32,000 nt of DNA, from positions 3,570,001 through 3,602,000 of the forward strand of contig NZ_LT934425.1 in NCBI RefSeq assembly GCF_900232105.1, given 5' to 3'. The DNA comes from Candidatus Kuenenia stuttgartensis. Lineage in GTDB: Bacteria > Planctomycetota > Brocadiia > Brocadiales > Brocadiaceae. Every line of letters begins with the position of its first letter. Within the stretch, counting starts at the first letter, position 1. Under the pieces are notes generated by a model that had not been told where the DNA came from, did no database searches, and was given only the letters and a program-made list of their open reading frames with translations. A program made the position numbers and the translations under genes. Of this stretch, positions 18,041-27,915 are shown piece by piece.

Positions 18041-18682
18041 ATGATTGATTTGCACACACATACGCTATTTTCCGATGGTGTACTCTTGCCTTCCGAGCTT
18101 ATCCGCCGTTGCGAGGTAAAAGGTTTCCGGGGCCTGGCCATTACCGATCATGCAGATTACTCCAATATTGATATTGTAATACCCAATGTATTAAAAGCAT
18201 GTCAGGAAATAGCATCTACTACCAGGATGAAGGTGTGCGTAGGGGCTGAATTAACGCATGTCAGGCTGGAACATATAAAATTAATGGTTCAGAGAGCCAG
18301 AGAGTTGGGTGCGTGCATTGTTTTGGTTCATGGGGAGACAATTACGGAACCCGTTATTCCGGGCACAAACAGGGCGGCGATAGAGGCTGGCGCTGATATT
18401 TTGACGCATCCCGGGCTTATTTCCGTTGATGATGCTCGTTTGGCGAAAGAGAAGGGGGTAAGGCTTGAAATATCCGGCAGGAAAGGCCATGCATACGCAA
18501 ATGGCCACGTCGCCAAAATGGCAAAAAAGGTAGGGGCAAAGCTTGTTATCGGTTCAGATTCTCATGCGCCGGGTGATTTGTTGGACCGTGCGTATGCTGA
18601 ATTGATTATTCGTGCAGCAGGTTTGGACGATGATGATATTGAAAATATTTTTAGAGAAGCAGAAACTTTAATTGATTTATAA
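18041..18682 (+). CDS. PHP-domain metal-dependent phosphoesterase (histidinol-phosphatase-like)
   Basis: N-terminal MIDLHTHTLFSDG, followed by ITDHAD and VLVHGE motifs. Confidence 0.8.
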   Translation: MIDLHTHTLFSDGVLLPSELIRRCEVKGFRGLAITDHADYSNIDIVIPNVLKACQEIASTTRMKVCVGAELTHVRLEHIKLMVQRARELGACIVLVHGETITEPVIPGTNRAAIEAGADILTHPGLISVDDARLAKEKGVRLEISGRKGHAYANGHVAKMAKKVGAKLVIGSDSHAPGDLLDRAYAELIIRAAGLDDDDIENIFREAETLIDL

Positions 18683-18695
18683 AAGAGAAAGAAAA

Positions 18696-19346
18696 ATGAC
18701 TGATACAAAATCTGACATACTTGGGGTGTTAAATAAATATAAAATTTTCATTGGTATAGGCGTTGCGGTTGTTATTTCTATTGCAGCAGTGACGGTAACT
18801 TTCGTTAAAGCAAAGTCCAGAAAAGATGAAACCGCATGGCAGAGTATGTGGAGAATCAATAGCGATCTTGCAATGGCTGCTCAGGCAGGGAAAACCGAAA
18901 AAGATAAAAACGAGGCATTGAACAATGCCATTGAATCATTCGAATACATCGAGGAGGCTTTGGCGTCTTCCGGCACAACGCCATGGATATTATTTCAGAA
19001 GGGCAATGTTTATTATGAGTTGAAAAACTATGATGAAGCGATTCGTGCTTATAATGATTTTTTGCAAAGATACAGCGGCCATCCCATTGCTTTCCTTGCG
19101 AAACAATCGCTGGGATATGCATATGAAGAAAAAGGACTTTTAGAGGAAGCCTGTAATCAATTTAATGACAACCTGCTATCGAATAAGGTTTTTCTTTTAG
19201 CGCAACAGGGGTGGGACGCAGGCCGTTGCTACGATAAATTAGGTCAAAAGGAGAATGCCATTCTCAATTACAACAAGGCAGTGGAGGCAGAACCGGATAG
19301 TATTTGGGCGTCTCTTTCGCGGTACCGTTTATCGGTAATCAAATAA
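18696..19346 (+). CDS. TPR-repeat protein with N-terminal transmembrane anchor (YfgM-like architecture)
   Basis: TM segment IFIGIGVAVVISIAAVTVTFV. TPR-like sequences include GNVYYELKNYDEAIRAYNDFL and AGRCYDKLGQKENAILNYNKAVE. Confidence 0.7.
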   Translation: MTDTKSDILGVLNKYKIFIGIGVAVVISIAAVTVTFVKAKSRKDETAWQSMWRINSDLAMAAQAGKTEKDKNEALNNAIESFEYIEEALASSGTTPWILFQKGNVYYELKNYDEAIRAYNDFLQRYSGHPIAFLAKQSLGYAYEEKGLLEEACNQFNDNLLSNKVFLLAQQGWDAGRCYDKLGQKENAILNYNKAVEAEPDSIWASLSRYRLSVIK

Positions 19347-19351
19347 ATATA

Positions 19352-20350
19352 ATGTTGCAGGAAAGCCAGGCACACGTTAAAGAAGTAACATTGGAAATAA
19401 AGAGGGTAGGTGAAAGTAAAAGAATAGACAGATTTATTTCTTCCCGCTTTCCTGACCTTTCGAGGACGTATATACAAAAACTAGTAAAAGAGGGTGCAAT
19501 TGTTGTAAATGGAAACGTCGTCAAAAGCAGTTATTTCATAAAAAAAGGCGACGTGATTTCCGCTACCGTTCCTGTGCCGGAAGAGACCAAAATTACACCG
19601 GAAGACATCCCTCTGAATATCATCTACGAAGATGATTATTTAATGTTGATTAACAAACCATATGATATGGTAGTACACCCTGCAGGAGGGCATCCTTCCG
19701 GTACTCTTGTGAATGCAGTTACTTTTTATTGCCAAAATCTCTCTCAGATTAACGGACCCCTGAAAGCGGGTATCGTTCACCGGTTGGATAGAGATACAAG
19801 CGGGGTAATGCTTGTGATAAAAAGCGATGCTGTACACTCCCACATTGCAATGCAGTTTGAGAAAAGACTTGTGAAAAAGGAATATTTTGCAGTTGTAGAG
19901 GGCGAGGTGGCATTTGATTCCAATGAAATAAATATGCCGATAGGACGGCATAGAGTTGACAGACAAAAGATGGCGGTAAGAAGGGATACGGGAAAAAACG
20001 CAACTTCAGTTTACGAGGTAATCGAGCGTTTTCGAGGCTATACGTTGGTGAAGATAATGCCAAAGACGGGGAGAACACATCAAATTCGTGTTCATATGCA
20101 GGCAATAGGGCATCCGGTTGTTGCAGATGAAATGTACAGTAAATACAATGCTTGTTTTCGCTCGGATTTGCTTGGTAAGGAAAGGGCTCCTGACGAAGGG
20201 TCAATAATTGAAAGACAGGCGCTTCATGCACACAGAATTGAATTTTTCCACCCGATTCTGAACAAACAAATGGCTTTTCAGGTAGATATGGCTGAAGATA
20301 TCTCTTTTTTGGTTAGCGCACTTCGGGAATTAAGGCCATTACGGAAATGA
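19352..20350 (+). CDS. rluD: RluA/RluD-family 23S rRNA pseudouridine synthase with S4 domain
   Basis: S4 region RIDRFISSRFPDLSRTYIQKLVKEGAIVVNG. Catalytic motif HRLDRDTSGVMLV and GRTHQIRVH. Confidence 0.85.
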   Translation: MLQESQAHVKEVTLEIKRVGESKRIDRFISSRFPDLSRTYIQKLVKEGAIVVNGNVVKSSYFIKKGDVISATVPVPEETKITPEDIPLNIIYEDDYLMLINKPYDMVVHPAGGHPSGTLVNAVTFYCQNLSQINGPLKAGIVHRLDRDTSGVMLVIKSDAVHSHIAMQFEKRLVKKEYFAVVEGEVAFDSNEINMPIGRHRVDRQKMAVRRDTGKNATSVYEVIERFRGYTLVKIMPKTGRTHQIRVHMQAIGHPVVADEMYSKYNACFRSDLLGKERAPDEGSIIERQALHAHRIEFFHPILNKQMAFQVDMAEDISFLVSALRELRPLRK

Positions 20351-20494
20351 ACAAGAAAATGTGAAATGTGTTTATATGATAAAATGTTTAATAAACGATA
20401 TTTTTAAAATAATTTTGAAAATAAATATATTGATTTCTAATAGTCTGGTAGTATATTTTACTGACGTTAAATTTTTATAGAAGGAGTTATTGAT

Positions 20495-20728
20495 ATGTTT
20501 GGTATGCCAGGTGGTTGGGAGTGGATTATTATCCTGATTGTGGCAATTCTTATTTTTGGGAAAAGACTTCCGGAGGTAATGAAATCCTTGGGGAAGGGAA
20601 TTGTCGAGTTTAAAAAAGGGGTAAAGGGAGTTGAAGACGACGTGGAAGATGTCAGCAGCAAGTCGCCACAGTCAAAGAAAAAAATAGACATCGAGAATGA
20701 TACTGCAAAGCAGGAAAAAAATAGTTAG
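20495..20728 (+). CDS. tatA: twin-arginine translocase subunit TatA/E
   Basis: RBS gaaggag. GGWEWIIILIVAILIFGKRLPEVMKSLGKGIVEFKKG is the typical TM plus amphipathic helix. Confidence 0.9.
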   Translation: MFGMPGGWEWIIILIVAILIFGKRLPEVMKSLGKGIVEFKKGVKGVEDDVEDVSSKSPQSKKKIDIENDTAKQEKNS

Positions 20729-20754
20729 TTTTATTTTGAAAAAGGATAATAAAA

Positions 20755-20853
20755 ATGCGGGATAGAAGAAGACAAAGATTAGGCTGGAAGAGTAAGAGAG
20801 CAAATCATGGAAGAATGGGTACGAAGGGAAGAAGGGTAGGCAGGTACAAGTAA
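20755..20853 (+). CDS. candidate unannotated 32-aa highly basic peptide (MRDRRRQRLGWKSKRANHGRMGTKGRRVGRYK)
   Basis: The ATG lies 27 nt after the tatA stop, with aagga 9 nt upstream. 14 of 32 residues are R or K. It is below the ORF-track size cut-off. Confidence 0.3.
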   Translation: MRDRRRQRLGWKSKRANHGRMGTKGRRVGRYK

Positions 20854-21141
20854 TCAGAAGGCGTTTAACGATGCCGGCCCTTTTGTCTGGATGAAGCTTT
20901 CAGGAACAACAATATGTTGAATGTATAGTAAATTTTTATATAGGAATAATTTATTCTGTTAGTTTCGGAATTGAATTGTGCAGAGGTGTTTTTGATTAGA
21001 AAACGTAATAATGAGGCATGGCAGGTTCCAGAAAGATTTTGAACGCGAAAGACGTAAGAGAAAATTTACGAAAAATAGAAAAAAAAGTAATAATTTAGTT
21101 TTTTATAAAATTACAATAATAGCGATGTTTGCCGCACATTG

Positions 21142-21212
21142 TAGGGGCGAAGCATTTGTCCGTTTGGGTATTAACACCTTCATGACAATTTACGGCAAAT
21201 GCTTCGCCCCTA
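21142..21212. repeat. REP-like hairpin, family taggggcgaagcatttg
   Basis: taggggcgaagcatttg (21142-21158) is the exact reverse complement of caaatgcttcgccccta (21196-21212). The stem extends to about 21 bp with one bulge. Confidence 0.75.
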
Positions 21213-21790
21213 TTTTTTCAAAGAACCAAATTATTACGAAAAAAAGGTATTTGTATTTTGCCGTAATAAAGTAAAGATTTATCAATAAAACCGGGAAAAG
21301 ACGCTGCTTGCTTTTTTTACTTTCTGTCCAAGATCAATTCACACCTTTAAAATCATAGAGAGGCAGTAATGTGCGCTTTGTGGTTTTCTTGCTACACACC
21401 TTTGACGTTTGCTGCAAATTTACTGAAAAGCGCACAGAAATGCCAAAAATCCGACACTATTAAAAAATGCGTTGTGTATCAGTTGTAACCGAATGTAGTT
21501 TTCCAAATAACGTTTTGAGTGAAATGTAGGGTGCGCCCTACTCGCTAAATTCAACCCCCTGCTCCCGCCCTGGCCTTTACCCAAGCAGTTTAATTTTTTG
21601 GGAATAACATATGTTTTGTTTTATGAAGCTCCAAGATGTTAAATTTTATGTCCAAATGGCAAGAAGCATTTAGTCGGGGGCGGCATCTGTCTGGAAACAT
21701 AGCATTACATAACACAGCCCCGAACATAACCTGGCTTCCCGCCGGACAGGGGTATATCTTAACGCGGTATTACGCGGGAGAATATTTATA

Positions 21791-24397
21791 ATGCGGAAAA
21801 TAATAATCATACTTTCATCTGTTTTTGTTTTTCTTTTAATAGCAGTGATTGCAGCGCCCTTTGTAATTGACCTAAATAAGTATAAAGACAGGATAATTAC
21901 ACTTGCAAAGCCATATCTGAATCGGGAGTTTGATTTTGCTGATGTTAAACTTACCCTAATAAGCGGCTTGGGGGTAGAAATCAATGGACTGCGTATTGCG
22001 GACAATCCGGAATTTGGAAGTGAAGATTTTCTGTCTTTGCAGAGTCTTCGCATAAAGGTGGCGTTGTTTCCGTTATTAAAGAAAAAGATACAAATCAAAA
22101 AGTTGATCATGGATGAACCTGTTGTGCGCCTGGTTCGGAATTCAAATGGGGTGTTTAATTTTTCTGATATGGCAAGTGATGCCGAAGAAGACGAAAAGCC
22201 GCAGGCAAAGGATGAAAAGAGAAAAGAAAAAAAATCAGGGAGTGAAAAAAAACCTGATAGCGAACACAACATTTTTCTGGCAGGATTAATGGTTTCCCAA
22301 TTCACCTTACACAGTGGGCAAATACATTTTTTGGATAATTTTGTTCCTGATGCACCGGTGACGATGGTTTTTGATTCATTAAATATAGAATTAAAAAATG
22401 TGTCTTTGTATAAACCGATACGGATATATGCATCAGCCGGTTTACAGGGGACAACAGAGCAAAATCTTCTTATAAAGGGCATGGTCGGACCAGTAGGAGA
22501 TAATATGGATCTTGTGGGTCTTGCTATGGACATTCACGTTTCCGTCCAAAATGTATTTCTCCACAAATTTGTCCCCTATATTCCCGATGGTTTAATGCTA
22601 TCCCCCCTTGAAGGAATCTTATACATGACGGCAAATATAAAGGGCTCTGTTCATTCAGGATTGGATTTAGAGTCTGTGATTCAGGGCGAAAAACTTGTAA
22701 TGTCCATAAAAGACTCTGATGAAAAAATACAAAACGTAAATATTACACTGAAAGAAAAGATCAAATATGATGACAGAAAAGGGGATATCGGTTTTCAGCA
22801 ATTGGATTTGGCGTTGAATGATAACAATGTTTCATTGACGGGCACTATAGAAAATATAAAAACAGATCCGCAATGGGATGTAACCCTCATGGCAAAAATG
22901 AATGCACTTGACGAAGCGTTAGCACTATACCCTGTCTTTAAAGAAGCGTTGCCGCAAGATTTTCGATTCACAGGACCTTTAAACATGGAGATAACTTCAA
23001 GCGGAAGTAAGGATGCTATGCAAATATCCGGGCATACGGATATGACGAGAGCGGAAATACTCTATGGAGAGGTATTTAAGAAGCAAAAAAATATCCCATT
23101 TCAAATATCTCTAAAAGCAAATAAAATTGCAGATATCATTCAACTGGAGGCTTTTGCAGTTAATTTGCAAAATGCATCCCTTAATAGTTCTGGTTCGATA
23201 GAAGATATGGTAAACCCTCGTTTTGATTTGGTGAGTACCGCGAATGAATTTTCGTTGAAGGGATGGGATGCAATTGTTCCTTTGTTGAAAGAATATGAGC
23301 CGGAGGGTTCGGTTAGTATTAAGAATTATATGAAAGGTAATTTTGATGACGCATTCGTGAATCTACACGTTTCATCCCCTAAACTTTTGTTTAAATTCCC
23401 CGCATCTTCTGATAAGAAAGAAGATGAAAATACGAAACAACGTAAAGATGTTGCCGAATCGATTCGTTTTGAACTATTGGCAAAGAAGCTGGCGGACAAT
23501 ATCACAGCAGACGGGGGGCTTGAAATGGGAAATGGAACTATATTGGATATTAATTTTGAAGAAGCGAAGGGGAAATATAGTTTCCAGGATGATATTTTGA
23601 AAATACAGAGCTTTCAAATGCGTACCTTTGAGGGAGATATTTCACTTACAGGAAACTATGACTCCAAAAGCATGCAGTGGGATGCAAGCCCTATAATAAA
23701 TGCAGTAAGGATAGATGGCGTTGTTGATGCTTTTACTCAATACCGCGGTATGATGAAAGGAGTTTTTTCCGGATCGTTTGACATGGGCGGTTCTCTGGGG
23801 AAAAACGATAAAATGGTAACGAATGCTAATGGATCGTTTCGTTTGTTACAAGGAGAGATCGAAAACGTAAATTTAATGGAAACGATAATAGATTCTCTTT
23901 TGGGGATAAAAGAAGTTTACAAATATGCAGGGGAAAAGAAAGATGTGTTGGAAAAATATGATGTAACACGATTTGATTCTCTCGACGGTGAATTTTCTCT
24001 TTTAAATGATATGCTTGATTTAAAAAAGTGTTATCTGGAAAATATTTATACCCCTGATGTTCCAGGTTCAGACGCAAAGCTAAAGGGGGATATCAATTTT
24101 GATACCGGGAAACTTGATTTAAGCGGCAAAGTTATATTGTCTTCTGAACATTCAGAAAAGTTGACCAAAAAAGCTAAACCTTTAAAGGCGCTTCTCAATG
24201 AAAAGGGGAATATTGTCTTGCCCGTTACCGTTACCGGGACGATGAGTAATCCAAAACCATTGTTGGATACAAGTTATGTACTCAATGCGATGATGAATTA
24301 TTATGGAAAGGAAGAACTCGAAAAGGGATTGGATAAGTTAAAAGGAAAACTTGGTCTGGAAAAGCTTGGCCTGGAAAAATTATGGCAAAAGGATTAA
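21791..24397 (+). CDS. AsmA-family outer-membrane biogenesis/lipid-transport-like protein (868 aa)
   Basis: N-terminal anchor IIIILSSVFVFLLIAVIAAPFVI is followed by a DLNKYKDRI ... AsmA-type N-domain and a long beta-rich body. The 287-aa antisense ORF was rejected. Confidence 0.8.
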   Translation: MRKIIIILSSVFVFLLIAVIAAPFVIDLNKYKDRIITLAKPYLNREFDFADVKLTLISGLGVEINGLRIADNPEFGSEDFLSLQSLRIKVALFPLLKKKIQIKKLIMDEPVVRLVRNSNGVFNFSDMASDAEEDEKPQAKDEKRKEKKSGSEKKPDSEHNIFLAGLMVSQFTLHSGQIHFLDNFVPDAPVTMVFDSLNIELKNVSLYKPIRIYASAGLQGTTEQNLLIKGMVGPVGDNMDLVGLAMDIHVSVQNVFLHKFVPYIPDGLMLSPLEGILYMTANIKGSVHSGLDLESVIQGEKLVMSIKDSDEKIQNVNITLKEKIKYDDRKGDIGFQQLDLALNDNNVSLTGTIENIKTDPQWDVTLMAKMNALDEALALYPVFKEALPQDFRFTGPLNMEITSSGSKDAMQISGHTDMTRAEILYGEVFKKQKNIPFQISLKANKIADIIQLEAFAVNLQNASLNSSGSIEDMVNPRFDLVSTANEFSLKGWDAIVPLLKEYEPEGSVSIKNYMKGNFDDAFVNLHVSSPKLLFKFPASSDKKEDENTKQRKDVAESIRFELLAKKLADNITADGGLEMGNGTILDINFEEAKGKYSFQDDILKIQSFQMRTFEGDISLTGNYDSKSMQWDASPIINAVRIDGVVDAFTQYRGMMKGVFSGSFDMGGSLGKNDKMVTNANGSFRLLQGEIENVNLMETIIDSLLGIKEVYKYAGEKKDVLEKYDVTRFDSLDGEFSLLNDMLDLKKCYLENIYTPDVPGSDAKLKGDINFDTGKLDLSGKVILSSEHSEKLTKKAKPLKALLNEKGNIVLPVTVTGTMSNPKPLLDTSYVLNAMMNYYGKEELEKGLDKLKGKLGLEKLGLEKLWQKD

Positions 24398-24409
24398 AGA
24401 TTAATACTG

Positions 24410-24462
24410 ATTTAAAAGAAGAGAAAAACAGACCGTTCCGCTAAAGCGAATAAAGAAGTCTG
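24410..24462 (-). terminator. probable ancestral terminator of the larE-like gene (may be bidirectional with the AsmA gene)
   Basis: On the minus strand, the stem cagac ... gtctg (24458-24462 / 24429-24433) with inner hairpin cgctttagcg is followed by tttttctcttctttt. It lies directly downstream of the duplicated larE 3' end. Confidence 0.4.
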
Positions 24463-24470
24463 CACTTTAC

Positions 24471-24505
24471 TGTTTAAGCACCTCATTCATACTGCCGCTA
24501 CGGTA
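24471..24505. repeat. 35-bp direct repeat, copy 1 (orphan copy of the last 12 codons of the larE-like gene)
   Basis: tgtttaagcacctcattcatactgccgctacggta is identical to 28693-28727. The minus strand reads YRSGSMNEVLKQ plus a stop. Confidence 0.9.
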
Positions 24506-24579
24506 CCTTTTAGCTACCTATTCTACACAATAATTATCAATATAAGGGAATCCCAATGAACACGTTAGGTTAAAACTTA

Positions 24580-25959
24580 GCCTCATCCGCAGAATCTGTG
24601 GGTAAGTATTGGTTCCGGCAAATTACCAAGAGTATGATACAAGGCTGTTTGCAGGCATTCCAGAGATTTATAACCATAAGCCTTTCTCATAGTCAGTTTC
24701 GCCTTAAGGTTAAACCCCTCAACCGTACCGGAAGAAAGTCTGCCATCAGCCTTGAACCAGTTGAGAATGAGCTGCTTGTGATTGCGCAACATCTTTGCCA
24801 CTTTTTTCATAGGTTCCAGGTTGGTTTTTAGGGTTCTCGTAATCCAGTTCTCGAGAAACCTGTCTGCATACGCCGGATACTTATACTCCCAAAAACGCTG
24901 AAAATCTTCACGCATTAAATATGCCTTTATTGAACTCAGGTTGATCTTAACTATCTGGCTTAACCGTACCGTTTGCTTTTCTGTCAAGTTCTCAGGCCTT
25001 TTCAACAGTAACCAACGGCTCTTTTCCAAAACATTGTCTGTGCCTTCATCCTTGAGCTTTTTGACCTCTTCCCTCCGTATCTGGTCTATGGCTTCATTGA
25101 ATTTCTTCATGATGTGGAAACGGTCAAGAATATTAAGCGCCTGGGAAGCCTTCTTCGCTATCACCTTCAGGTACGGCGACCACATATCGCTGCAAACGAA
25201 TTTGATTCTCAGACAACGTTCTATACCTAACTCCATGAAAAACTTCCGCAGGGTCTTTGCCTTCCGCTCAGGGCCACTCCATAAAAGCCTTTTGGCATGC
25301 GAATCAAGCTGATATACAAGGGTTAAATACTTGTGGCCACTCCAGACTTGTATCTCGTCTATTCCTATTTCCGTTATATTCTCCAAGTCCCTGTGGGCAA
25401 GGCCGTAGGCAACTACAAACTGCACTGCCCTATACACACTGTCCCAACTGGACTTGAATATCTCGGCTGTCTCTTTCCAACTCAGGCGTTTAGCCCATCG
25501 AGACAGGAATACCTTGTATGTGGTGGTCATCTGCTCCTTACCTTCTGACCAGGGAATTCGCTCTACATGGATTCCGTCCACTGGACAGGCGGCGCGTCGC
25601 GGGGAATATCGGAAAAATACTTGAAACCCCCATAATGGCGGATACTCGTATAACCGGGACGGCTGTGTATCATACCCAGACACTCTCTTCCCACATACTG
25701 AACATTCAGGCTTGGCATTTACCCTCGGCTTTATATCTGCTACTAATGCCTTTCTACCATTTATGACCTCGAAACTGACTGCTTTGTAAACAAATGACTT
25801 GAAATTCTCTACCGTATTTAATAATGTCTTTATCTGCATTGCCTCTCCTTTTGGGTTAAGATGCTTTCTTGATAAAAAACATCTTACTCCCTTTGGGATG
25901 GCAATGCACCTTTTCTCTTACTAATCCTTACTTATTACCCACAGATTCTGCGGACGAGC
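24580..25959 (-). mobile_element. intact ISL3-family insertion sequence (1380 bp)
   Basis: 26-bp IRs match 24/26: gcctcatccgcagaatctgtgggtaa (24580-24605) versus ttacccacagattctgcggacgagcc (25934-25959). An 8-bp TSD aaaactta sits at 24572-24579 and 25960-25967. Confidence 0.9.
24583..25839 (-). CDS. ISL3 family transposase
   Basis: A 418-aa protein with an N-terminal zinc finger (CSVCGKRVSGYD ... CPVDG) and a DDE domain (IGIDEIQVWSGHKYLTLVYQLD). The stop codon lies inside the IR, as seen in other ISL3 elements. Confidence 0.9.
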   Translation of the reverse strand: MQIKTLLNTVENFKSFVYKAVSFEVINGRKALVADIKPRVNAKPECSVCGKRVSGYDTQPSRLYEYPPLWGFQVFFRYSPRRAACPVDGIHVERIPWSEGKEQMTTTYKVFLSRWAKRLSWKETAEIFKSSWDSVYRAVQFVVAYGLAHRDLENITEIGIDEIQVWSGHKYLTLVYQLDSHAKRLLWSGPERKAKTLRKFFMELGIERCLRIKFVCSDMWSPYLKVIAKKASQALNILDRFHIMKKFNEAIDQIRREEVKKLKDEGTDNVLEKSRWLLLKRPENLTEKQTVRLSQIVKINLSSIKAYLMREDFQRFWEYKYPAYADRFLENWITRTLKTNLEPMKKVAKMLRNHKQLILNWFKADGRLSSGTVEGFNLKAKLTMRKAYGYKSLECLQTALYHTLGNLPEPILTHRFCG

Positions 25960-26194
25960 CAAAACTTAAAGGGTTAAAAGACGAATTAATCAAAACAGAC
26001 AGTAACCCTTGAAGCATGAGAAGAAAAAAACATTTAGATTGTGATGAAAAAGACGAAAAGAAAATAAAATGCGAAAAATGAGTTTCAGACGTTCATCCGA
26101 TAAAATCTAGCAAGGCGGAACCACAGATTTCGCAGATTACGCAGACAAAAAGATGCGAATTAATCTTTGGCATTATTCAAACAGGAGGTATAGA

Positions 26195-26470
26195 ATGCAA
26201 GGAACGAGGTATATTCTCAGTGAGTATGTGGAACAAGCTATGGCACAAGCCCTTTACGACAAGCTTGAAGATAGTACATTTTCAGGCCGTATTCCTGTTT
26301 GTAAAGGGGTTGTGGCGTTTGGTACTACATTGCACCAGTGTGAGGACGAATTACGTTCAACACTTGAAGATTGGATTTTGGTTGGGTTGAAATTTGGCCA
26401 TACTTTACCAGTGATTAGAGGTATCGATTTGAATAAGGAGCCAACCCGTGAGCCGATGGACGCCCTGTAA
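26195..26470 (+). CDS. hicB: HicB-family antitoxin
   Basis: RBS aggagg lies 6 nt before ATG 26195. SEYVEQAMAQALYDKLEDSTFSGRIPVCKGVVAFGTTLHQCEDELRSTLEDWILVGLKFGHTLP is typical of HicB-like antitoxins. Confidence 0.8.
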   Translation: MQGTRYILSEYVEQAMAQALYDKLEDSTFSGRIPVCKGVVAFGTTLHQCEDELRSTLEDWILVGLKFGHTLPVIRGIDLNKEPTREPMDAL

Positions 26471-26678
26471 ACGGAGAGATTTTATTCGCCGTTTACGAAA
26501 ACTCGGTTTTGACGGTCCTTTTTCTGGAACCAGACACAAGTTTATTGTCTATCAACAATACTGTCTCACTATTCCGTCTAATGATGAGTATTCAGTGCCT
26601 CAACTTCGTATGATGATAAGGGAAGCGGAAGAAATAATAGGTAGTGAAATTACCGTTGATGAATGGAATCGTTTGTAA
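26448..26678 (+). CDS. hicA: HicA-family mRNA interferase toxin
   Basis: GTG start overlaps hicB by 23 nt, with aaggag 8 nt upstream. KRRDFIRRLRKLGFDGPFSGTRHKFIV is the YcfA/HicA fold signature including the conserved His. Confidence 0.8.
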   Translation: MSRWTPCKRRDFIRRLRKLGFDGPFSGTRHKFIVYQQYCLTIPSNDEYSVPQLRMMIREAEEIIGSEITVDEWNRL

Positions 26679-26898
26679 AAATAACAAATATATTCCCATG
26701 AATGGACTTTCAGATATGCCTATTGTTGAAAGGTATACCAAAAAGTTTTGTAACTATTAAGCGTAAACCCCGGCGGGTTCATGTTTGCAAACCTGATAAT
26801 CATATAGAAGGCACCTCCGAGCGCACTCTTCATGGTAAAATGGAGGATACCGTGAAAGGCGATTGTTAAATAATAACAAAGTAAGGAGGGAGCGAGCA

Positions 26899-27915
26899 AT
26901 GGGATATTTCGTAGGAATAGATTTACATGGTGATAATAATTATATTGGAATACTCGATGAGGAGGATCGGAAGGTATTCAAGAGGAGAAACCGTAATGAC
27001 ATCAATGAAATAAAGCGCGTATTAGAGCCATACAAAAAAGAAATAAAGGGTATAGTAGTAGAATCGACCTTTAACTGGTACTGGATAGTGGATGGTCTGA
27101 TGGAGGCAGGCTATCAGGTACACCTGGCAAATACATCGGCAATGCAGCAGTATGAGGGATTAAAGTACATTGACGACACGAGGGATTCGTTTTGGTTGGC
27201 AAAGATGTTACGGTTAAAGATATTACCAGAGGGATATATTTATCCCAAAGAGACGCGGTCAGTGAGGGATTTACTGAGGAAGCGGATGATGTTGGTACAA
27301 CAAAGGACAGCGCATATATTGAGTATGCAAACGATGGTAAACCGTAACAAAGGAGTACCGATAAGCGGTGATACGATAAAGAAGCTGAGTAACGAAGAGG
27401 TAATGGGGATGTTCAGCGACGTGCATTTGACCATGTCAGCACAGTGCGATCACGAGGTAATAGAGGTATTAAATAAGCAGATATACAAGATAGAGAAAGC
27501 GGTATTAAAGGAGGTGAAGCTAAAGAAGCCGTATAAGAAATTGCTCAAGGTGCCTGGGATAGGCGAAATCCTGGCAATGACGATAATGCTGGAGACTGGG
27601 AACATAGAGCGATTTAGTGATGTGGGGATGTATTCATCTTATTGCAGATGCGTATCGGCAAAAAAATTATCGAATGGTAAGAGCAAAGGGAAAGGAAACC
27701 GTAAGAACGGGAATAAATACCTTGCGTGGGCGTATGTGGAGGCAGCGCATTTTCACGTAAGATTTTGCGAAAAGGGAAGGAAATGGCATCAGAGGAAGGC
27801 GTCAAAGAGCCATGTAGTTCTGGCAACGAAAGCCTTGAGCAATAAGCTGGCCAGGGCATGTTATTACATAATAAAGGAGCAAGTAAACTACGACGAGAAA
27901 AAAATGTTTGGGTAG
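26899..27915 (+). CDS. IS110 family transposase (DEDD recombinase)
   Basis: RBS aaggaggg. N-terminal FVGIDLHGDNNYIGILDEE and VVESTFNWYW. C-terminal LLKVPGIGEILAMTIMLETGNIERFSDVGMYSSYCR ... NGNKYLAWAYVEAA. Confidence 0.9.
   Translation: MGYFVGIDLHGDNNYIGILDEEDRKVFKRRNRNDINEIKRVLEPYKKEIKGIVVESTFNWYWIVDGLMEAGYQVHLANTSAMQQYEGLKYIDDTRDSFWLAKMLRLKILPEGYIYPKETRSVRDLLRKRMMLVQQRTAHILSMQTMVNRNKGVPISGDTIKKLSNEEVMGMFSDVHLTMSAQCDHEVIEVLNKQIYKIEKAVLKEVKLKKPYKKLLKVPGIGEILAMTIMLETGNIERFSDVGMYSSYCRCVSAKKLSNGKSKGKGNRKNGNKYLAWAYVEAAHFHVRFCEKGRKWHQRKASKSHVVLATKALSNKLARACYYIIKEQVNYDEKKMFG

Noticed and set aside
21670-22533. 287-aa minus-strand ORF at the start of the AsmA-family gene
   Set aside because: It is antisense to the AsmA N-terminal region, Ser/Phe/Ile-rich with no domain signature. 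The plus-strand product has a clear anchor and family features.
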